Positions 1-14,195 of a stretch of DNA of 64,000 nt are shown piece after piece. The notes under the pieces were generated by a model. That model did no database searches, had not been told where the DNA came from, and saw nothing but the letters and a program-made list of their open reading frames with translations. Numbering within the stretch: position 1 is the first letter of the stretch; each line of letters begins with the position of its first letter. The DNA lies in assembly GCF_963921235.1 (NCBI RefSeq), contig NC_086108.1:90150001-90214000 (forward strand), written 5' to 3'. The stretch is from Mobula hypostoma. Lineage: Eukaryota. A program made the translations under genes and the position numbers.

Positions 1-914
1 TTTACAAATCTATTTAAGAAAGGTAACAACTTACTTCTTCAAGATACATTCATCGGAATTGTATTAAAAAAGGATGAAATACACAACGTAAACAATGATT
101 AGTTTTTAGTTTTCCTGCTAAGTTTCTTGAACAAAGGCTTCAAACATTATTTCAGTTTGTCCAGACATGAGTGCTGTTGTTATATGTTTTATCTCCGAAA
201 GTCTGTGATGTTTCTTAAAAGTTATGAGGCTTATTTTATTGTGCAAACAGGATCATCAAGTTATAGAAGTACCAAGTTCTCCTTTGATGAATCTATTCAC
301 CATAATATTTTTGTCTTCTTTACTGGAATTTTCATAAACTAATTGATCTTCAATTTTATTTTACCAAATTATTGTTCTAAAATTATTTGACAGCATTGTT
401 AGGCAGATGGTTATTGACTAGACTTAAATGTTGAAGGGAATTTTTATAATGCTATTATATTAAATAACTCAAGAAAGGGAATTAACAATAATATCTCTAC
501 TGGTTTCTTCTATTGCTGTATGAACAACAAGTGGTGGTGCCAATAGTAAAATCTGCTTGGAGAACCTCATGAGTTTATCAGTAAAAGTAAACACACTCAA
601 AATGTATTGAAGCATTCATCAACTTGGCTGTTTCAGGAACATCCTGAAGGACCTTTGTGTTCAAATATTTGGCACAGTCTCACCAATGTCTTAAGAATGA
701 CTGATGAGGGAAATAACAATGTTTCCAGTAGTATGGTAACATTAATTTGTCATGAAATTACAACCAGTTGAATGAAGTAAATTTAAGGCTGAACTAAAGT
801 GCTTCATTTGGGTCTCGTATAACCATGAGTTAGCTTTTTCTTTCCATTGTGATTGAAATCACAAAGTATTATAAATATTTTATACTATTCCTTACCCAGC
901 TCATTAAGATATAG

Positions 915-1090
915 AGTCATAGAGCAATGCAGCACAGAAACAAACTCCTCAGCCCGTACAGACCATGTTGAAGTATAATTCTGTCTATCCCCATCAACTT
1001 GCACCAACCATAGCCCACCATAGCCATCCCATTCATTTACCTATCCAAATTGCTCTTAAATGTTGAAATCAAACCTGCATCCGCTAGTTC
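915..1090 (-). mobile_element. Old CR1 LINE 3' end fragment
   Basis: Degenerate reverse-complement CR1 3' tail (agagtcatagagcaatgcagcacagaaaca...ctcttaaatgttgaaat), similar to 52485-52680. Confidence 0.55.
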
Positions 1091-1205
1091 TGGGTTCGAT
1101 TTCAACAATATATGGATGAAAGCTGGGCTAATAGTAACAGGGATTGAGTGACCATTTCCAAAACAATGTAAGAAATCAAGATTAGTTAAGAATCAATTAA
1201 GAAAT

Positions 1206-1300
1206 CAGTCCTGGCGAAGGGTCTCGGCCTGAAACGTCGACTGTACCTCTTCCTATAGATGCTGCCCGGCCTGCTGCGTTCACCAGCATTTTTATGTGTG
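1206..1300 (+). mobile_element. Penelope-like terminal repeat fragment with mutated hammerhead motif
   Basis: cagtc-ctggcga-agggtctcggcct-gaaacgtc-gactg followed by gatgctgcccggcctgctgcgttcaccagc; same repeat as 22308-22440. Confidence 0.75.
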
Positions 1301-3894
1301 TAGTAAGCAATCAAGAAGTTACTTGGCAGATTTATGAGCTACTTCCAGAATTTCCTAATTAAAAATGAATTATGGAAGTGGCTGTAATATGTAGAGACAT
1401 CAAGATCTCCACCTGAAACTACCTCCTGTTTATTTCAGGGGAATTGATAAACTGGATTTGCAACAATGTTGTACAGTGACAGTAATAGATGTTACTGATT
1501 TTAATATTTTCATTTTTTTTAAAGTTCTAGGTTTTTTAGAGATTGTCATCATCAAAGGAACATCGTAAACAGTGTGTTTTGTCTGCAAAACAAGCTATTG
1601 CACCTGTAATGTTTATATTTAATCTTAAGGAGATCCTGCATTAAATAATACAATGTAAATATAAAATAATTAACATGAAAGTAATTTAATATTTTTATGC
1701 TGTGATCAAAATATACTGTAGTTTGTGAAATTGTAGTTTTAGGTACAGTAAAGTGAACAACATGTTCTTTCCATTTTGCTCTTTGATTTGGGGCCATTGT
1801 GACATATATCATATGTCAGTCTTCCACTACTGAGATGTTAATATATCAATGCGTTATGATGTCATTAAGAGTGGATCTGATATCAAACAACTGGTCATTA
1901 TTCCCAATAGAACTGTAATGTAATGTAACTGTAATGTAGATTACATGGATCCTTTCACATTTCAGACTGTCTTCCAGTTGTGACGTGCCAAGGATACAAA
2001 TTTAATATAGAAAATGCCTATTTGAATTGTGGCTTATCCTTCAGAATATCTATGCTGTGACAAAAGCAAAGGAAAGATGAGGAAATGTATTTTTCATTGG
2101 AATTTTATTGTGCAAGATCAATGCACCAATTATAACACATTACCATTGAATATCCTGGTAGCATTGAGCAACCTACTCCTTCCATCCTTGCCAAGTCTGC
2201 ATTTATCTGGAGCAGATCTTCATGCAGCATCAATCCCAGCAACACCAGGTCAAATGTGGTCAGCACAAGGCCATTTGACCATAAGTGGCATGCCCTAGCC
2301 ACAACATTTTCATGGTAGCTGACTTAAATCAAACTTGAGTCATACCGACTGTCAAGATTGTCAAAGAATTGGAGTGCTTGCCTGACCTTCAGTAATATTA
2401 ATACACAAATGTTATTCACACCATACAAATGTACAATCATTAAAAGCAAAGATTAAATCAGTTTAAGTTAATATAATACAGTCAAAAGAGTGTAACTAAC
2501 CCATAGGCTAACCTGATGTAGTTTCTGCGTACTAGGAAAACTGCAGGAAGCTGGCATATAATTTCTGAATTCCATGAGGCATAGAACATTGGAATGTAGT
2601 CCAGAAATTGCCCTTAGAATATTAGTCAGGAAGTCTGGCCTTCAGTGGGTGCACACTGCTGGCATTTGTCAAGAAAATCTGGGCCAATAATGAATGATAA
2701 TTTTGTTTTATCTTTATTAACAGAAGCATTTAAATGTAATGGATCTCATTAGCAAAAGCTAAGGATGCTGAATGGAACAGCATTTAGTTGTTTAAGAAGC
2801 CTTTTGCTCAATTGCTGTTGCATGTGTAATTCTCAAAACACTGTTAGTCTCCAGAGCTATGCGTATCCTGTAGAGTTCTTAGTTGAATTATTGAAGCAAT
2901 AATGTAGAGATAGTAAGTGTGGGGTTATTTTCTGTTCTCCAGGAAACTGGAAGTAGGACTATAGTTTCTATCTAAGGGATTAAGTAGCAAAGCAGATTCA
3001 AGGTCAACTTTGGGATAAGCAATGATTTGACAAAATGGTTCCATTTTCCTGTTATATTGCCATAAATCTGATTTAACTAAAGTTCAGTTTCCACAGTTCT
3101 CTTGGGTAGAAAATCACAAGATTTAAAGTGCTGTAATGCAATAAATTTCTCCTCATTTCAGTCTGAAATGAAAAATCCATTATCCTGAGAATATAGCGCT
3201 GGTTCTAGATTTCCTGTGGAAGATGAATCATCCAGAACAGGTTAGATCTGATAAAGATCCCATATCCTGTTCATTGCAAAGCAGCTTGATGGGCTGTGGG
3301 TCGAGCATTGAAAGCAACTACAGCTGCAGAATGATTACAGCATGGGGGTTGTAAGCCATCCAGTTTCTACACAGCCTAAGGAAAAGTACTCCATGTAATG
3401 CCAACCCCCTGCCTCAGGCCCTAACCAATTGCTGTGTAAATATATGTTTCTCATGTCATCTTCAGTGCTCTTGACCATCACCAATGGGAATCGTTTCTGC
3501 CTATCTACAGTATGTTGAATATTCTCTTAATGACTTTATACACCTCTAGCAGAAAGGTAAGTTACTTATCTTTAATTTGCTTTAGTTTAGTGTAATGTTC
3601 TAATTATGTGTCTCAGCTCTTTTTAGGGATGCTTTTTTTTGCCTTTGAATAAATTTTTTAAAAATATTTACAATTCTAAACATTTAAATGTCTCAAAATA
3701 CTAGGGATTAAATACAATATACGGTATTGACAGGTTTACAGCCAGCAGAACTGAGGAATGGGCTTTGCCAGGTGTCAAAGCTCTAGGGAAAGTTCCAAGG
3801 CTTAGGCTTTCGAGCAGACTTGCCAGAGTTACTGCTGCCAGTGATGAAGTCTGCAATGATTCAGCCAACACGGTTAGCACTACTCATCTGAACC

Positions 3895-4025
3895 TGAGAA
3901 GACACAGGAGATTCTACGGATGCTGGAAATCTTGAGCAACATGCACAGAATGCTGAAGGAATCAAGGTCAGGCAGCATCTATGGAAGGAAGTAAACGCTT
4001 GATGTTTTGGGTCAAGACCCTTTAG
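3895..4025 (-). mobile_element. Penelope-like terminal repeat fragment (old)
   Basis: gatgctggaaatc...ggtcaggcagcatctatgga...gtcaagaccct resembles the reverse complement of the repeat at 22308-22440. Confidence 0.6.
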
Positions 4026-4039
4026 GATGGGAAGAGACA

Positions 4040-4330
4040 GAAGTTACTCCTTTTTCCCAGCATGGAAATAGCTAATATGAGAGGGCATAATTTAAGGTGA
4101 TTGAAGGAAAGTATAGGGGATGCTAGAGGTAGTTTTTTTTACACAGTGAGTGCCAGAGATAATGTTAAAGGCAGATACATTATGGACATTTAAGAGACTC
4201 TCAGACAGGCACATGGATGAGTGAAAAGTGGAGGGCACTGTGGCAGGGAAGCATTAGATTTATCATGAAGTAGGTTAAAAAGTCAGCACGGCCTCATGGG
4301 CCCAAGGGCCTGCACTGTGCTGTTCTGTTC
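4040..4330 (+). mobile_element. Old CR1 LINE 3' fragment
   Basis: Degenerate ORF2 C-terminus (gagagggcataatttaagg) and 3' hairpin gggcccaagggcctgcactgtgctg. Confidence 0.65.
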
Positions 4331-4726
4331 AGAATACTCCCCTGCACTATTGCTGCCAGACCTAACAAACCAGATTTCAAAAAAGGGTTGGGGACACCGA
4401 GCCAGTAAATACCAAATTGAGTTAGCATAATCTGCCTGAAAATATACCTGTACTTTCCAATAGTCTTCAGTTATTTAGTATTTTAAATTTTTAGTCTTTA
4501 GTTTTTAATATATTAATATAGCTTCCCAACAGTATTCAGTTGGTATATTAATATCTTATCATGTCAAAGTGTTCTCCTGATCAACTGTTTTTGAAAGATG
4601 GTGAGATTTCGTAACGAAAAAGTGATAAAGCAAATTGCAACATGTATTATATAACAACACGTGGAGGAATTGCTGTTTTTTTTCCATGATTGCTAGAAAA
4701 CTGCACCCAATATACAGATAATTCAG

Positions 4727-4875
4727 GCAACACACACAAAATGCTGGAAGAACTTAGCAGGCCAGGTAGCATCTATGGAAAAGAGTATAGTCTACATTTC
4801 AGGCCAAGACCCAAGGTGACTTCCTCCAGCATTTTGTGTGTGTTGCTTGGTTTTCCAGCATCTGCAGATTTTCCT
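4727..4875. mobile_element. Short fold-back Penelope-derived element
   Basis: caacacacacaaaatgctgga ... tccagcattttgtgtgtgttg inverted arms. Confidence 0.7.
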
Positions 4876-5479
4876 TTATTTAACTTGTGATTTAATTTTA
4901 ATGTTGTAAAATACTACATAAATATTTATATAAAGACTGTTAGGTAGCAGAGAGAATGACAAGAATGGAATACCAGAAGCATCAGTAATCCAATAGATGG
5001 GCTTTCAGAAATAAAATTGGAAGTTCTCTATTAGAATTATTCAGCAAGCCAGGCAGCATCTGTAGAAAAGAAGACAAAGTAAATGTTTCAGGCCATTCAG
5101 CCAGTGGACTGGCAACAGACATCGTACTAGAAGACTTGCTTCTTATAGTTTCAACATTTAGGTTCAATTTCAAATTTGGTTTCTATCTTTGTGAAATTTG
5201 CATATTCTTCCTGTGACCGCATACATAGTTGTTCCAGTTTACTTTCATTTTTGAACAATGTGCAAAAAAAAAAGCCAAACTGATTGAGAAGCTCAGCAAT
5301 TCGACCAGCATTTATCAGGAGAATGGAATTGTAATGCTTCAGGTTTAATCCCTGCATCAAGACTGAGAGTGGAGAGGGAAGATGGGCACTCTCCTCTTTA
5401 TACCAGCTGTCTTCCCTGCCCACTATCAGTCCCATTGCAGGATCTCAGCTTGAAATATCAACAATTGAGATGGTATACC

Positions 5480-8446
5480 AAACACGGATGGTTGATACCT
5501 TCCAGGTGCCAGGGTCCGGGATGTTTCTGATTGCATCCACGATACCCTGAAGTGGGAAGGTGAACAGGCAGAGGTTGTGGTACATATTGGTACCAACGAC
5601 TTAGGTAGAAAAAGGGAGAAGGTCCTGAAAACAGACTACAGGGAGTTAGGAAGGAAGTTGAGAAGCTGGACCTCAAAGGTAGTAATCTCGGAATTATTGC
5701 CCGTGCCACGCAACAGTGAGTATAGGAATAGAGTGAGTTGGAGGACAAATGCGTAGCTGAGCGATTGAAGCGGGGGCAAGGATTCAGATTTCTGGGTCAT
5801 TGGAACCTCTTTAGGCAGGCGTGACTTGTACAAAACGGACAGGCTACACTTGAATCCAAGGGGGATCAATATCCTTGCAGGGAGGTTTGCTAAGGCTATT
5901 GGGGAGAGTTTAAACTAGGATTGCTGGGGGTGGGGTAGGAACTGAAGTGAAGAAATGGATGAAGAGGCTGTTGGCTCATAAATAGAGAAAGCTTGGAGAC
6001 AGTGCAAGAGGAGGATAGGCAGGTGATAGAGAAGGGATGTGCTCAATCAGATGGTTTGAGATGTGTCTATTTTAATGCAACAAGCACCATGAACAAAGTG
6101 GAGGAGCTTAGAGCATGGATCAGTACTTGGAGCTATATTGTTGTGGCCATTACAGAGACTTGGATGGCTCAGGGGCAGGAATGGTTACTTATGGTGCCAG
6201 GCTTTAGATGTTTTAGAAAGGACAGGGAGGGAGGCAAAGGAAGTGGGTGTGTGGTACTGCTGATCAGAGATAGTATCATGGCTGCAGAAAAGGAGGAAGT
6301 CATGGAGGGATTGTCTACTGAGTCTCTGTGGGTGGAAGTTAGAAACAAGAGGGGGGTCAGTAACTCTACTGAGAGTTTTTGTGGACCACCCAATAGTAAC
6401 AGGGACATCAAGGATCAGATAGGGAGATAGATTCTGGCAAAGCGTAATAATAATAGGGTTATCGTGGTGGGAGATATAATTTCGCAAATATTGATTGGCA
6501 TCTCCCTAGAGCAAGGGGTTTAGATGGAGTGGAGTTTGTTAGGTGTGTTCAGGAAGGTTTCCTGACACAATATGTAGGTAAGCCTACAAGAGGAAAGGCT
6601 GTACTTGATCTGGTATTGGGAAATTTATCTGGTCAGGTGTCAGGTCTCTCAGTGGGACAGCATTATGGAGAAAGTGATCACAACTCTATCTCCTTTACCA
6701 TTGGAGAGGGATAGGAACAGACAAGTTAGGAAAGTGCTTAATTGGAATAAGGGGAAATATGAAGCTATCGGACAGGAACTTGGAAGCATAAATTGGGAAC
6801 AGATATTCTCGGGGAAATGTATGACAGAAATGTGGCAAATGTTAAGGGGATATTTTTGTGGAGTTCTGCATAGGTATGTTCCAATGAGATAGGGAAAGGA
6901 TGACAGAGTACAGAAACCGTGGTGTACAAAGGCTGTTGTAAATCTAGTCAAGAAGAAAAGAAAAGCTTATGAAAGGTACAAAAAACTAGATAATGATAGA
7001 GATCTAGAAGATTATAAGGCTGGCAGGAAGGAGCTCAAAAATGAAATTAGGGGAGCCAGAAGGAGCCATGAGAAGGCCTTGGCAGACAGGATTAAGGAAA
7101 ACCCCAATGCATTCTACAAGTATGTGAAGAGCAAGAAGATAAGATGTGAGAGAATAGGACCAACCAAGTGTGACAGTAGAAAAGTGTGTATGGAACAGGA
7201 GGAGATAGCAGAGATACTTAATGAAAACTTTGCTTCAATATTCACTATGGAAAAGGATCTTGGCAATTGCAGGGATGACTTAGAGCAGATTGAAAAGCTT
7301 GAGCATATAGACATCAAGAAAGAGGATATGCTGGAGCTTTTGGAAAGCATCAAGTTGGATAAGTGTCCGGAACAGGACGAGATGTACCCCAGGCTACTGT
7401 GGGAGGTGAGGGAGGAGATTGCTGAGCCTCTGGCAATGATCTTTGCATCATCAATGGGGACAGGAGAGGTTCCGGAGGATTGGAGGGTTGTGGATGTTGT
7501 TCCATTATTCAAGAAAGGGAGTAGAGATAGCCCAGAAAATTATAGACAATGTGTCTTACTTCAGTGGTTGGTACGTTGACGGAAAAGATCCTGAGAGGCA
7601 GGATTTATGAACATTTGGAGAGGCATAATAGGATTAAGAATAGTCAGTATAGCTTTGTCAAAGGCAGGTCATGCCTTATGAGCCTGATTGAATTTTTTGA
7701 GGATGTAACTAAACATATTGATGAAGGAAGAGCAGTAGATGTAGTGTATCTGGATTTCAGCAAGGCATTTGATAAGGTACTGCATGCAAGGCTTATTGAG
7801 AAAGTAAGGAATCGTGGAATCCAAAGGGACATTGCTTTGTGGATCCAGAATTGGCTTGCCCACAGAAGGCAAAGAGTGGCTGTAGACGGGTCATATTTTG
7901 CATGGAGGTTGGTGACCAGTGGTGTGCCTTAGGTGTGCCTAATTTCAAGTTCTGGGTCCCTTACTCTTAGTGATTTTTATAAATGAGCTGGATGAGAAAG
8001 TGGAGGGATGGGTTAGTAAATTTGCTGATGACACAGAGGTTGGGGGTGTTGTGGATAGTGTGGAGGACTGTCAGAGGTTACAGAGGGGCATCAAAAGGAG
8101 GAGAAACTGGGCTGAGAAATGGCAGATGGATTTCATCCCAGACAAGTGTGAGGTGTTTCATTTTGGTACATCAAATATGATGGCAGAATATAGTGTTAAT
8201 GGTAAGAGTCTCAGCAGTGTGGAGGATCAGAGGGATTTTGGGACCCGAGTCCATAGGACACTCAAAGCTGCTGCCCACATTGACTGTGTGGTTAAGGTGG
8301 CATAAGGTGCATTGGCCTTCATCAACCATGGGATTGAGTTTAAGAGCTGAGAGGTAATGTTACAGCTACATAGGCCCTGGTCAGACCCCACTTGGAGTAC
8401 TGTGCTCTGTTCTGATCACCCCACTACGGAGAAGAATGTGGAAACT
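5480..8446 (+). mobile_element. CR1 LINE, decayed, 5' part: esterase ORF1 C-half plus APE and RT remnants of ORF2
   Basis: ORF1 remnants HIGTND and DRLHL; fragmented ORFs with YFNA, ITETW, SDH, PENYR, YLDFSKAFDKV and KFADD; many stops and frameshifts; interrupted by the HERO-like element. Confidence 0.92.
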
Positions 8447-9710
8447 ACACTTGCTACAAACACTTGTTAGGGTGCATTCTCCAGTTACCCTATAAGGTAA
8501 CCGTAGCCTTCAGCCAGGAGCAGATGCCATCGGGTGGTTCCCAACCTTCACCGAGTGTTTCGACCCTTAACCACAACACTCTACAGTTGGTGGGCCGGCA
8601 GTGGTGGCCAAATCACTGCCCATCTGCTCCTGGCTTCCAGCTTCCCTCCTCTCGCCTACTCCAAATCCAACAAGAGGCTCATTCTGCCTCTTCCCCCATC
8701 CTATGAGCTGCTTGTTTTTTGCTCCTTTCGTCCAGGCCCAGATCTGACAACAACCGCCATGCTGATTTGGCTGGGAAACCCCTGCAGCCGATCTCCACAG
8801 GGAACAACCATGCCTGCCATCCCTTGTCTTTACACTCCTGCACTAAGGGCTGGTACTTAAAGGCCTTTCTCTCGTGGGCCTCTTCCCATACCTCCTCCCA
8901 CGGCACAGTCAGCTCAACCAGAATTATTTTCCTGTCTTTGGTTGACCACAGTACAATGTCCGGGCGTAGGGTTGTGTGCACCACATCCGGGAACTGCAAC
9001 CTTCTTCCCACATCGACCCTCATCTCCCAGGACCTGGCCGTTAGCAGCAGATTGGGCTTTGGTTGTTTGCTTACGAAAGACCTAGCTCCTTCTTTGATGA
9101 AGGTGATGGCCTTCCTCAGATCTGTGCCAGCCGTCCTCTTCTTGCATCTCTCTCGCTCTAGTGTGTCAGCAAGAGCCAGAAGCACCTTATCATGGCGCCA
9201 CCTATACCGTCCTTGAGTTAGAGCTGTTTTACACCCGGACAGTATATGAGCCAGTGTCCCCTTTGGACCACAGAGCTTACAGTTCGGGTCCTCTCTCATC
9301 CCCCATGTGTACAGATGTAATGGTGAAGGAAGGGTGTCATACACAGATCGCAAGAGGAAGGAAATACGGAAGGGCTCCAGTCTCCATAACTCTGCCCATG
9401 AGATCTTGCGCTTAGGCAGATCCTATTTTGTCCAGGCACCCTGGGACCCTTGTTCCACTGCCTTTGAAATCCACTTCTCTTCCTCACGGATCCGTACTTC
9501 TGCCTGTATCATGTCTCGCCTGTTCCTTATGCTTGCGTTTCCCCACTTCTGGAAGTGAACTGAGCCGAGGCCTTGCCACCCGACGCAGGGGTTGCCGATG
9601 ATATCTTACTGCTTCAGAGAACACACTGCCTCCTCCACAGCTGTGTTGGCTGCCCACTTGCGCCCAGATCTGGTTGTAACACCTGCTTGCTTTACCAAGA
9701 CATCATTCCT
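8447..9710 (-). mobile_element. HERO-like non-LTR retrotransposon with restriction-like endonuclease, 5'-truncated
   Basis: ORF 8679-9353 has a CCHC knuckle (CKLC...HILSGC), RWRHDKVL and RPDIVLW...ILVELTVPWEE...ERK..KY (PD-(D/E)xK-type REL); upstream remnant RSGRKW...QGLG. Clade assigned by motif recall. Confidence 0.8.
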
Positions 9711-10221
9711 GTCGCCTCACTACAGGAAGGACGTGGAAACCATAGAAAGGGTGCAGAGGAGATTTACAAGGATGTTGCCTGGATTGGGGAGCATGCCTTA
9801 TGAGAATAGGTTGAGTGAACTTGGCCTTTTCTCCTTGGAGCAACGGAGGATGAGAGGTGACCTGTTAGAGGTGTATAAGATGATGAGAGGCATTGATCGT
9901 GTGGATTGTCAGAGGCTTTTTCCCAGGGCTGAAATGGCTAGCACGAGAGGGCACAGTTTTAAGGTGCTTGGAAGTAGGTACAGAGGAGATGTCAAGGGTA
10001 TGTTTTTTACACAGTGGTTGGTGAGTGCGCGGAATGGGCTGCCGGCAACGGTGGTGGAGGTGGATATGATAGGGTATCTTAAGAGACTCCTGGATAGGTA
10101 CATGGAGCTTAGAAAAATACAGGGCTATGGGTAACACTAAGTAATTTCTAAAGTAAGTACATGTTCGGCACAGCATTGTGGGCCAAAGGGCCTGTATTGT
10201 GCTGTAGGTTTTCTATGTTTC
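9711..10221 (+). mobile_element. CR1 LINE 3' part, continuing the element at 5480-8446
   Basis: SPHYRKDVETIERVQRRFTRMLPG...TRGHSFK...IQGYG, then gggccaaagggcc hairpin and tttctatgtttc tail. Confidence 0.9.
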
Positions 10222-10919
10222 TGATTCCATCCCCACACTCACAGACACCGATTTCCTCCAACAGTTTTCTTTTGCACCAGATTGCAGCATCTATAGACTC
10301 TTCTGTTTCCAGAGTTTGTCGGGTTAATGCCCACAGTTATTGCCCCTACTGCTGTGGTATATGGGGGAGCGGTGAGGCAAGTGATAATTAGGATCACAAT
10401 TAGGATTAGTGTAAATGGGTCAGCATAAACTCAGTGGGCCAAATATCCTGTTTCCAAGCAGTATGACTCTGAATCTGAGTGATAAATAATGTGCCAAGCA
10501 ACTGAAGCCTGGCTTTTGCTGAGACTGGTAAAATGACACTACTCATCACTGACCTTGGGCAATCCTTAATTTGCAACCTTAGACAGCACCACAAAATCAC
10601 AGAACTGAACAAGGCCATTCAGCCCATTATGTCAGTGCCATCTGCATGCATGAGCCATTAAGGTAGTCCACCATACCCATTATCTTCCCCAACCCTACGA
10701 AGTCATTCCTTTCATTCTTTTTACTTATTTATTTGGCTTTTAATTGCCCCATTTGAATCTGCCTTCAAGGAAGGAAGCAGAAAAGATAAAGATTAGCATT
10801 ATTTGCCACACGTACATCGAAACATACAATGAAATGCGTTATTTGCACCAAATCAAATCAGTGGGGATGGGCTGGGCAGCCCACAAGTGTTGCCACACTT
10901 CTGGTGCTAACATAGCATG

Positions 10920-11575
10920 CCTGCAACTAGGAAGCTAGAATCAGACAGGACTATTGAGAGTTATAAATTAGCCAGGAGTGAGTCTAAGACTGGGATTAGA
11001 AGAGCTAGAAAGGGACATGAGAATGTATTGGCCAGTAGGATTAAGGAAAAACTCAAGGTGGTCTATACGTACATGAAGAACAGGAGATTGACTGGAGTGA
11101 GAGTAGGAGCAATCAGGGATGAAAGAAGAAACATGTGCCTGAACTCAGAGGAGGCAAGGGAAGCCCTGAACAATGTGCTTTGCCATCAATTTATTCACCA
11201 GTGAGAGGGACATTGATGAATAAAGGGGTCATCATAGAATATGTCGACATTTGGAAAGAAGATATGCTGGAATTATTGAACAGATAAGTCGCTGGGATCG
11301 GGTGAGAAGTACCCCAGGTTACTACAGCTGTGAGGGAAAGAAACTGCTGTGCCTTTAGCGATGATCTTTGCTTCTTCACTAGCCACAGAGGTAGTACCAG
11401 ACGATTAGAGGATAGCAAATGTTATTCCTTTGTTCAAAGAAGGTAATAGGGATAATCCTGGAATTTTAGACCAGTGAGCCTTACATCAGTGGTAGACAAA
11501 CTATTGGAGAGGATCCGTAGAGACAGGATTTACAAGCATTTGGAAAGCATAGTCTGATTAGGGATAGTCAACATG
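10920..11575 (+). mobile_element. Old CR1 ORF2 internal fragment
   Basis: IRRARKGHE..LASRIKE..YMKNRR linker and degenerate PDD*RIANVIPLFK..RDNPG. Confidence 0.7.
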
Positions 11576-11653
11576 TTCTGTGATCTATGTTCATTAGGAT
11601 CCCAGTACTGTACCTCATCCCTTCACAACTAGCTGCCTTAAAATATTTTACTT

Positions 11654-12412
11654 AGAAACATAGAAACATAGAAAACCTACAGCACAGTGCAGGCCCTTCG
11701 GCCCACAAAGCTGTGCCAAACATGTCCCTACCTTAGAACTACCTACGCTTTACCCATAGCCCTCAATTTTTCTAAGCTCCATGTACCTATACAGGAATCT
11801 CTTAAAAGACCCCATTGTTTCTGCCTCCACCACTGCCACTGGCAGCCCATTCCACGCACTCACCACTCTCTGCATAATAAACTTAGCCCTGACATCTCCT
11901 CTGTACTTAGTTCCAAGCACCTTAAAACTATGCCCTCTCATGCTAGCCATTTCAGCCATGGGGAAAAGCCTCTGACTATCCACATGATCAATGCCTCTCA
12001 TTATCTTGTACACCTCTATCAGGTCACCTCTCATCCTCCGTCGCTCCAAGGAGAAAAGGCCGAGTTCACTCAACCTATTCTCATAAGGCAGGCTCCCCAA
12101 TCCAGGCAACATCCTTGTAAATCTCCTCTGCACCCTTTCTATGGTTTCCACGTCCTTCCTGTAAGTGAGGCGACCAGAATTGAGCACAGTACTCCAAGTG
12201 GGGTCTGACCAGGGTCCTATATAGCTGCAACATTACCTCAGAACTCTTAAACTCAATTCCACAATTAATGAAGGCCAATGCACCATATGCCTTCTTAACC
12301 ACAGAGTCAACCTGCGCAGCAGCTTTGAGTGTCCTATGGACTCGGACCCCAAGATCCCTCTGATCCTCCACACTGCCAAGTGTCTTACCATTAATACTAT
12401 ATTCTGCCACTT
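11654..12412 (-). mobile_element. CR1 LINE 3' fragment, 5'-truncated
   Basis: (agaaacat)n tail; ORFs with RDLGV, LVRPHLEYCAQFWSP and ERVQRRFTRMLPG. Confidence 0.92.
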
Positions 12413-12959
12413 CATGTCATTTTCTGTTTATGTACCCAGCTCCTTCATTCTATATCCTCTGTAATGGACCCCTGTACTTATGGGAGAAGTTTTTCCATCT
12501 TCTCTGTCAAAAGTTTGTTAAATTCTGATATATCTCATCCTCTTCTATTCCAAGGAGAATAACTCCAGTTTCTCCAGTCCGTTAATAAAAGTAAACTCCC
12601 TCATTTTCAAAATCACTCAGGTTATTCTCTTCTGTATCCTCACTGAGGGCTTTGCATGTATCTGCAAGCACTGTGCCAAGAACTGAATACAAAACTCCAG
12701 ACTGAACCATTATTTTATAAAGAATCATGACAACATCTTAGCTGTTGTTCCTGATACCTCTATCACAGGTTTTAATTATTAGGTTCCTGCATAGTAAGGT
12801 TTGTAAATTATTCTCTTCTGCAAGATACAGGAGGTATCTTGCAGAGTATCCAAAACTAACCATACCCCACAAAAAGTCAATGACATATGACAGCAAACTG
12901 AGTCACACTCAAAAACTCAAACTTGGCCACAACTCTCATGCACATATAGACACGGACAG

Positions 12960-14195
12960 ATTGATGAATTGCCTTGAGAGGATAGTAATTGTGAGAATTA
13001 GCTCCTGCCTGAACAAATACCCACTACAAATTGCCTACTGCCGTAACAGATCTACAGCAAACACAATCTCACTAGCTCTCCACTTGGATTTGGAGAACCA
13101 CAAAACATATGTCAGGTTGCCATTTATCAATTATAGCTTGCAGTCCAAAACTATCATTCCCACACTACTAATCAGCAACCTTCAAAATTTGGGTCTCTGT
13201 GCCTCTCCGTGGCAACTGGATTCTCGACTTCCTTGTTGGGAGACCACAGTCAGAGTGGATTGATAATAACATCTCCTCCTCACTGACTATCGACACAGGC
13301 ACACTTAAGGATCTGTGGTTAGTCCACCTCTACTTTCTCTACGCTTATAACTGTGTGTCTAGGTAGAGCTGAAATACCATCTATAAATTCACTGATGGCC
13401 CAGCTGTTGTTGGTGGAATCTCAGATGGTGATGAAGAGACATACAGCAATGAGATAGTTCAGCATGTTGAGTGGTGTCGCAATAACAACTTCACACTCAA
13501 TGTCAGCAAGACCAGAGAATTCATTGTGGACTTCAGAAAGGGGAAGTTGGGAGAACACACACCAGACCTTATTGAGGATTCAGTGGTAAAAAAGGTGAGC
13601 AGCTTTAAGTTTCTGGGCGTTAACCTCACAGAGCCTTTATCCTGGGTCCAACGTACTACTACACACTAATGGACCTACTTCATTAGGAACTTGAGAAGGT
13701 TTGGCATGCCACTAAAGACTTCTGAAAATGTCTACAGATGTAAAGTTAAGCATTCTAACTGGTTGCATCACAACCTGGTATGGGAGCTCCAATGCACAGG
13801 AATGGAAGTGGCTACCAAGCGTTCTAGATTCGGGCAATTCCATCATGGTCACAACCATCCCCACTATATCGAATATCTTAATATCTTTAAAGCGCAATGC
13901 CTCATGAATCCATCATTAAAGACCCTCACCATCCAGGACATGTTTTCTTTGTGTTATTACCATAAGAAACAAGAGCCAGAAGCTCCACAATCAACATTAT
14001 AAGAACAGCTTTTTCCCCTCTTGTGTCAGATTTCTGAATGGATCATGAACCGTGAACACAATCTTGTTATTCATCTTTTGCACAATTTATTTATTTTTGT
14101 AACTTGTAGTAATTTTTATGTCTTGTGCAGTACTACTGTTGCAAAACAAGTTTCACAACATATGTCAATGATAATAAACTGACTCTACTTCTGGT
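12960..14195 (+). mobile_element. Rex1/Babar-like LINE RT fragment, decayed
   Basis: PLQIAYCRNRSTANTISLALH...YVRLPFINYS; KFTDG equivalent of FADD; tail ataataactgactct. Confidence 0.75.
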
